A stretch of 64,000 bases of DNA from Minisyncoccota bacterium. Its GTDB lineage: Bacteria > Patescibacteriota > Minisyncoccia > Minisyncoccales > JAQTPW01. Shown here piece by piece: positions 54,388 to 61,900 of this stretch. Position 1 is the first letter of the stretch; the number at the start of each line of letters is the position of its first letter. Made by a program: the position numbers and the translations under genes. The stretch lies in the NCBI GenBank assembly GCA_028712565.1, contig JAQTPW010000001.1:77114-141113 (forward strand), written 5' to 3'. The notes under the pieces were generated by a model that worked only from the letters and a program-made list of their open reading frames with translations, did no database searches and was not told the origin of the DNA.

Positions 54388-55931
54388 ATTTTTCCAGCCC
54401 AAGGTTGGTCCGCCTTGGGCGGAGATTTTTGATTTTTAAGATTTGATTTAAATATCATTCGTACTGCTGCAAAAATCCGTTTCCGCAATAAAATCAAAAT
54501 GCCCAAAGCAAATGTGATTATTAAGATTATTTTCCACGGGAAAATCCAAAAGCCTAATGTTTGATTTAATTCTATTTGGTTTTTTTCTTCTTCTAATTCC
54601 AATACTATTTTATATTTACCAAAAGAATTATTTTGGTAAATAAAATTAGAAAGGAAAGCAGGCAGCCATTTTATTTTATTCGCTGGAATCTCAGAAAAAC
54701 TGACTGGGAATTTGCGGATTTTCCCGGGCAAAATTGTTGTTTTTTTAACTTCTGACTCCCCTACTTTTTTCCCAAAGGAATTATAAACTAAAATTTTGCC
54801 GTTTAGTTTGTGATGATAAATATCATTATTTTTAATCCGCAAAATTACAGAATCCGGAGTTTTTTCAACGATGCTTACTTCAGCTGCTTGGACTCCGGGA
54901 ACCACATCAACTAAACTTGCCATAACTTTTCCCAAATTTTGCAAAGTTTTTTCTTTTGGGATTTTGAATTCAACAATCTCAACTAAATTTTTAGATTCTA
55001 AAGGTTCAAGCGAAAAAACTCTAACCGATATTAAAAATAAAACTCCGACAATAGGAACGGTTTTTGGCTGGCCTTCTTTAAAATAAAACGAAGGAAGTTG
55101 GGGTTCAAAAAGAATTACCGAATAATGGCCGCCGGGCTCGGCTTCTTTTGGGATTGAAATTTCGAAATTTATAACTTCGGTTTCGTTTACGTCTAAAATA
55201 AAATCTGCTTTTTCAAAATTAAACCATTTTCTTGAGGCAATTGAAATGTCTTGTGAAGCATCATCAAATTCCATTTCTCCAGAATCGTCTTTTGCGGTAA
55301 AATCCGTAGTTCTTATAGAAATAGGAAGCGGGACATCGCTTAGATTTTTGACATTTATTCTCCTGATAATTTTTTCTCCGGGGAAAACTTCCAATTCAAA
55401 AACTTGAGGAGAGACAGACAAACCAAGTTTAGCTACACCTTCTGCTTTTGCTGTAATGGGGAAAAATAAATTAGCCATTATATAGAAGCTGATGAACGCA
55501 GATAGCAACGCTGATTTACGCTGAAACGTTTTTTCTCTTGCCTTATCATAAATTCTTCTTTTTATTTCCAATTTCTTTGGTCCGAAGTTTATTAATAACC
55601 CCAGCTTATATTTTGAACCTTTGAGGTATAACCAAAATTGTCTCTCATCTTCTCGAGTTAAAAACGGCTTGCATTTAATTTCTAACAAAACAGCATTATT
55701 GATAATTTTATCGGGAACATATGAGGCAATTTTCTTGTCCCGAAAATAAACGTCTATTATTTTTTGACTTTCTACATTTAAGCCGAGATTTTTTAGTTCT
55801 ACATTTAAAGCCCTATCAACAACCTTTTCTTTAAATGCTCCGCCAAATTCTTTCCATACTTCAAAACACGCTCCTCTAATTAAGTAGGTTTCTTTTTCAT
55901 AAAGAAAATCTTTTACAATTTTTTTATCCAT
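54384..55931 (-). CDS. Fusion of an N-terminal GxxExxY (PD-(D/E)xK) domain to a DUF916-like surface protein
   Basis: aa 1-~134: IRGACFEV, PD..I...LLEIK, GLLINFG. Then a hydrophobic segment, SPQVFEL..PGE, EAEPGGHY, FWIFPWK and a TM. Confidence 0.85.
   Translation of the reverse strand: MDKKIVKDFLYEKETYLIRGACFEVWKEFGGAFKEKVVDRALNVELKNLGLNVESQKIIDVYFRDKKIASYVPDKIINNAVLLEIKCKPFLTREDERQFWLYLKGSKYKLGLLINFGPKKLEIKRRIYDKAREKTFQRKSALLSAFISFYIMANLFFPITAKAEGVAKLGLSVSPQVFELEVFPGEKIIRRINVKNLSDVPLPISIRTTDFTAKDDSGEMEFDDASQDISIASRKWFNFEKADFILDVNETEVINFEISIPKEAEPGGHYSVILFEPQLPSFYFKEGQPKTVPIVGVLFLISVRVFSLEPLESKNLVEIVEFKIPKEKTLQNLGKVMASLVDVVPGVQAAEVSIVEKTPDSVILRIKNNDIYHHKLNGKILVYNSFGKKVGESEVKKTTILPGKIRKFPVSFSEIPANKIKWLPAFLSNFIYQNNSFGKYKIVLELEEEKNQIELNQTLGFWIFPWKIILIITFALGILILLRKRIFAAVRMIFKSNLKNQKSPPKADQPWAGKI
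54394..54423. repeat. GC-rich REP-like palindrome translated as PPKADQPWA
   Basis: GCCCAAGG/CCTTGGGC inverted pair overlapping a TCCGCC-TTG-GGCGGA hairpin. Confidence 0.65.
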
Positions 55932-55993
55932 ATTTTTTATCAGCGTTTTTCTTATCAGCGTTTTTCAGCGTTGGTATCAGCGTTCATCAGCTT
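55486..55993. mobile_element. GxxExxY cassette bounded by 39-bp inverted tandem-repeat arms
   Basis: 55486-55524 versus the reverse complement of 55955-55993: 34/39 identical; arms are arrays of ACGCTGA-containing units. Confidence 0.8.
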
Positions 55994-55999
55994 ATATTT

Positions 56000-58900
56000 T
56001 TAGTAGTTTGCCGTACATGTTAAATATATTGTTCCTTCGTAAACGTCGGCTTGCTGGGTTGAAGCCACTGATGCCTTTAATATAATTGTGTTATTTTGCC
56101 CGCCGCCAGAAGAAGTGTCGGCAACAGTATCTACTGCTTCGATTGTCGTGGCAAAACCTGACCAGCAAAGATCCGAGCCGCAAAAAGTAGTGCTGGCATA
56201 CCGGTCATAATTTGTGTCAGAGCCGGCAAGAGAAAGATCGTCCGTGTTGTATCCGAATCCGCATCGAGTGGAACTCGCATTGCAATTTTCATCCCAAGCA
56301 ACTGGACTAATATTGTTATAAGCAAATCTTTGAATATAAACGCTTTCAGTTGTTGATGATAATTTTCCTTCAGTATCCCGCATATCAGCTGTGATTGTAA
56401 ATCCGGTAGGATAAGATGTTGTGGCAAGTAATGTTATAAATGAAGTCGCGGTAAAATCATTGCCCTGGTTTAAAGTTAGATCAATTTGATCTGTGCTGAT
56501 TTCAAACTGTAAATCAGATGTCAAACCGACATACCAAGATCCCATTTCGGGCGGCGCATCCAGGCCGCTATATGGCGGGGAGCCATTCATTGAGGAGTTT
56601 GTTTGCCTGTGCCACCCAACATATATCGTATTATCTTGCGCTTCCAAGCTTGAAGTTGAAGTCAAATATTTATTACCTTGATCTAAGTAGTAATCATAGT
56701 CGCTAAATCCAAGAACCGCAACGGTTAAATTATAGTTGTATGTAGTTGTTGCCGAAGACGTTCTTTTGTATTCCCTTATTCTTATTGCGCCGGCAGAAGT
56801 TGGCTGCGGAGTTTTACCGCCGCTACTTGTTGTTGCAACTGCGCTATCTGTCGCATCTCCCCAACTTCCTGCATTGTAACTCCAAATAGTGCTAGAGCCC
56901 GAAACTTCAGAAACAGTACAGGTTGCATTTTCAATATTTACATCCGTATCATTTGCATCAACAGCGTGAATTCCTAAATACCAATCAACATATAAGGTTC
57001 CTCCAGTTACCGAAACGCCGCCGGTTTTTGCATTAAGAAAAGTAGGAGTGCCAGCTTGAACAGTGGTCGTTGAAGGGGCGGTAGAAGTGCCGTCAGAATA
57101 TAACCATTCGCCGCCCGTTCCGTTAAAATTAATTTTATAAAATGGAGAACCGCCATCTGAAATTGTATGGCCTGAATTTGTGGCAATAAATATTATTTCT
57201 CCGCTGTTGTGTGTGAAAGCGCCGGGTAAAGTTACGCTCCAATTACCGCCAACTGATAAAATTGTGGGTGCGGTAACTGCGCCATTTGTAATTGTAAAAT
57301 TATTTGATGTCGAAGCATCATCTTGGAAAGCCCAAGCCCCTCCCGAACCATTAAAGGTTAGATTATAGAAAGCAGAACCACCGCTTGTAATTTTTTGTCC
57401 GGCTGCAGTACCATCAAAGGTTACAGTAGAAGAAGCTGCGGTAAATGTGCCGGAGTTTTCCCAATTGCCAGCTACGGTTATTGCGGAGGTTGAGGCGACA
57501 AAAACTGCTGAAGCAGTAATAGTTGTGCTTCCATTTACATCAATTATTGGATTATATAAATTTGCCGAAGCCGTAAATGGATTTACAGAGTCGCCAATAA
57601 CAAATTCATTATTAACAACAATAGTCTGGCCAGTAGTAGTCCCTAAATTATAAGTTAAATTTAGATCTCCGACGCCTAATTCCAAATTATAATATGTTGT
57701 TGCAGTAATATTTGTGTCTCCCCAACTTGTATATTTGAAGGTTGATGAAGAGGCATTAAATGAACCGCTGATAGGAAAAGGCGTGTATGGCGCAGTTCCA
57801 GCACAGGCGCCGGCAATAATCCAATCTCTAAAACCTGCATCTAGCCCTTGATTTGCGGCAATTGTCAGATAATTGGATATTGTAGTGGTAGCCGTATTAA
57901 TTGCAGTAGTGGTGGCTTGGGGACCAGAACCATCTCCAAAGGTTAAATCATAAAATGTCCAATCTGTTGCCCCGCCAAACTCGCCGGTACCATCTACCAT
58001 AAATGTTCCGTCTAACCAAGTTAGCGTTCCATCTCCAGTAACATCGCCACCCAAAACATTCATGTCATAGTGGCTGATCACGACGGCTCCTTGAGTAACT
58101 GTCAAATCATTAGTTGTGGTTGCATCATCTTGGAAAGTCCACCAACCACCTCCTGAACCATTAAAATATAAGTTATAGAAAGGTGAACCGCCAGTTGTAA
58201 TTGTTCTAGGTACTGTTGCGTCAAAAGTTGTAGTTCCCGAATTTGCATCAAAATTTCCGGAGTTTGTCCAATTGCCGGCAACAGAAAGAGTGCGAAGGTT
58301 CGATGCAACCGTGGTGGCATTGGCAGACAATGTAAAATTTCCATTTATATCTAAACTCGGATCGTTAGTATCAATATTTACAATAACCTCATTTGTACCA
58401 TCTCCAATTGTTAAATTATTATTGCAGGTAAGAGATATGATGCTTAAAGTATATGTGGGAGTTCCGGCGCCAGACGGTGAAAGATTTAAATTATAATAAA
58501 GAGTAGATTTTATATTGGTATTTGCCGTTGCCGTGTAATAAAACGTCGAAGTCGCCGGGCCAAAGCCGCCATCCAAAACAAAAGGAGTTCCAGAACCCGA
58601 TAACACCCATGATTTTTCTCCGGCGTTCAAGGTTTGACTTGTAGAAACAGTTAAAACATCGGTAATAGTTGTGGTCCCAGTGCTTGTTGCAGTAATTGCA
58701 GTTGAAATACTTCCATCTCCAAAAGTTAAATCATAAAAAGTCCATTCTGATGTCCCGCCAAAATATCCTGAACCATCTACCATAAATGTTCCGCCCAACC
58801 AATTCAACGTCCCATTTCCTAACACATCTCCTCCATAAACATACATATTATATGTACTGGATGCAGTTCCTGCGGTAACGGTTAAATCATTTGTTGTGGT

Positions 58901-61900
58901 CGCATCATCTTGGAATGTCCAGACGCCATTTGAACCATTAAAGGTTAAATTATAGAACGAAGAGCCTCCGGTTTTGATTGTGGTAGTGGCTAAAGTAGAA
59001 GTAAAAGTTACAGTTGAACTTGCCGCATTAAATATTCCGTCATTGTCCCAAATGCCTGATACCGATATATCTTTTGTTGTAGAAGCAGTTATAGTTCCAT
59101 TATTATCAAAATCATGAAGGTTTATTGTGCCAGCAGTAGATGTGGAATAAAACAGAAACGTGCTTCCTGACCTCACAAAAAATTCAGAAGTATCAGAAGC
59201 AGTCAAAGTGCCGGCAGTTGAAGATGCTAAAAATAGAATATCTGCATCTTGTCCAGAATCATAATAATCCAAATCTGAAATATTAAGAGGCGTTGAATCT
59301 TCATGCCGGACAATAATCCTGTTTTGATACAAATCTAAATCAGAAATATTATAATCTGTTGAACTGGCGCGAGTAATTGCATTTGCTTTTTCAGTTTCGC
59401 CATCTAGATATACGGTTAATACGTCACCTACTGCGCCAACCAATACTTCACTTATATTATAACTTCCATCTGCATCCTCACAGGTTCCTGAATAAATTGT
59501 TTCTCCCCCATTTACTTTTAAGTTAACTGTTAAATTATTTCCTGAACAATCATAGGCTCCCGTTCCTTCTTCAGTATATATTACCCCAGAAACAGTAATT
59601 CCGGCGGAGGGAGGGGCAGGAAAAGCATCATATTGTATGCCCCAATAATCAGTTTTTAAATTTTCCGCGCCACCGTCCTGATAAACTCTCCAGAATGTCC
59701 AGAACTCTGCAGTTGTCGTGCCGGCTGAGTCGTTAAATTTATATTCTGGAAAATAATAATCGGAAAGATTAGCGGTGACGGTTCCGTCAATTGTGCAGTC
59801 AGTATTTGCAGTGCAGGCGCTTGAGCTGGCGACAGTTTCCCACAAAGTTGTAGAACTTGAATTTCCAAAACGGAAAATTTGAAGATAAATTTTATTGGAA
59901 GAAGCTCCAACGTTCGATTGCCCGATCCAACGGCTGTAAAGAGAATTTGTATTTGCTGCGTGGTTATCGGTAAAAACAAAAATTGGCGATGATGTGGCAG
60001 TGCTTCCACCCGCGGAAGTTATGCTTGAGGAAGCCGAGCTGTCAGTGGTGGTAGAAATATTTGTATAGTCAGAATTATCAAACCAATAAGTTAGGCCGTC
60101 TTCCGCCGCCGGATTAGCTTCCAAAAACATAGCGCTCGTTGTTGCCGGAGACGCCCACTGGGTTCTTGTTAATTTTATTTGGTTATCGGTTTTTAAATAA
60201 TTGTTAAAATAAGAAATTGCGGTTTGCGGGAGACCTAAACCTTTTGCAATCCTAAGATAAGCATTAGTGTAATCGTAATAAGCAATTATGGGATTGCCGT
60301 CAGCGCCTATAGCAATTGGACAATTTGAATTATTATTTTCATCTGACAGCGAATCGATGGTACCGCAAGAAGCTACGGTACAGGTAGCGTTGGTGCAATT
60401 ACAAATTCTCAGATTATTAATAGAATCACTGCAACTAGAAATTACAGGATTATTATCGTAACCTATTGCGATTGAATTGTAATGACTGCTGCTGATTACA
60501 GAACATGTAGCAGCTGTACAAGTTTGCGTTTTACATTTGCAGACCCCGCCCTGAAAAGAAATAACGGGAAGGCCTTCTGCGCTTATTGCCATTGATGTTT
60601 CAGTATCTCCGCCAGTATAAACCGAACCGCAAATAGCAGAAGTACAGCTTGTGTTTGCGCATTTGCAAACCTTAATTGAATTCTCAAAATCAATATTAGC
60701 TGAATAAGAAATCATTGGAATGCCATTAGTTCCAATCTTAATTGAGCTTCCAGAACCTGCGCTATCGTTATTTGCATCTTTGACTGTATTATCAAGCGTC
60801 GTACAGGTTTTTGTTCCACTGCAAGACGTGTCACTGCAAGAACAAACCGCTAAAGTTGTAGTATTGGTGGGGAAATCGTTTTGATTGCCATCTCGAAAAG
60901 AAATAATCGGATTGCCATCCTGTCTGATAGCAATTGATGTATCATCTGCTTGGCCCCTTGTAGTGGAAATGCTACTACAGGTTTCATCGCCCCCTGTACA
61001 GGCCGGGTCGTTGCATTTGCATACATATAATGTATACGTTCTCACAAAGGATATTACAGGAAATCCGTCGCTGCCAATTGCAATAGATGGATCCCAGTCA
61101 GTACCCGTATCAACTACGCTGCAAAGTTCATCTCCTCCCGTGCAACCCGGGTCATTGCATTTGCAAACTATAAGATCTCCATTAGCATCATTCGTTGAAG
61201 CAATTACAGGTAAGCCATCAAAACCAATAGCAATTGCTGGATACTGTCCATTATATGTTTGAGCTGTGGTTGTGTTGACAGTATTGCAATCAAAAGAACT
61301 CGTAGCGGAACAGCTTGCCGCTAAAGTTAAAACCGCGTCTTTTGAATATCTTTTTGTGTTTGAAGTTTCAGGAACAACAGTTAAGGTTGGATATTGCGAA
61401 TAGCCATCCAAGGCAGTGCCATCGCTGGAAACTAATCTTAATCTATATGTTGTAGAAGCTGTGGCTTCGGAAGTGTCAATCGCAAAAGCAAGTTCTGTGC
61501 ATTTACTGACAGAAAGTGTAATACTGGACGACGTGGCTGTACCTTCATACCACTCGCCATCTTGCCAAGACGTATTTTCAGTACACGCTCCAGTTGAGCT
61601 GGAAGTCAAAGCAGTTGTGCTGGTTCCGGATAATCCCCAAGATGGCTGAAGTTCGTAATTGGGCAGCATTTTGGCAACCCGAAGGTCTTGATTGGTAGAA
61701 TCAAAGTACGAAACGATTGGCCAACCATCCGGTGAAATAGCAATTGAAGTATTTAATCCAACTTCATTAGATGAATTATCTACAACGTACAAAGTATTGC
61801 CAAAAGTGCAAGATGAATTTCCGCACTTTGCAATTTTAAGAACACCCTTTCCTTCGCTTGTGCTGGCATTATAAGAAATTATCGGCAAGCCATCTGTTCC

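Larger units (their letters stand above)
53963..54449. mobile_element. Four-helix-bundle cassette bounded by imperfect inverted 7-mer arrays
   Basis: Arms 53963-53987 and 54425-54449 are 20/25 inverted and built of ATCAAA(A/T)-type units. Confidence 0.5.

Noticed and set aside
55938-55993. CRISPR array
   Set aside because: Units are about 9-15 bp with no unique spacers, and no cas genes are present. The same applies to 3910-4008 and 17064-17098.
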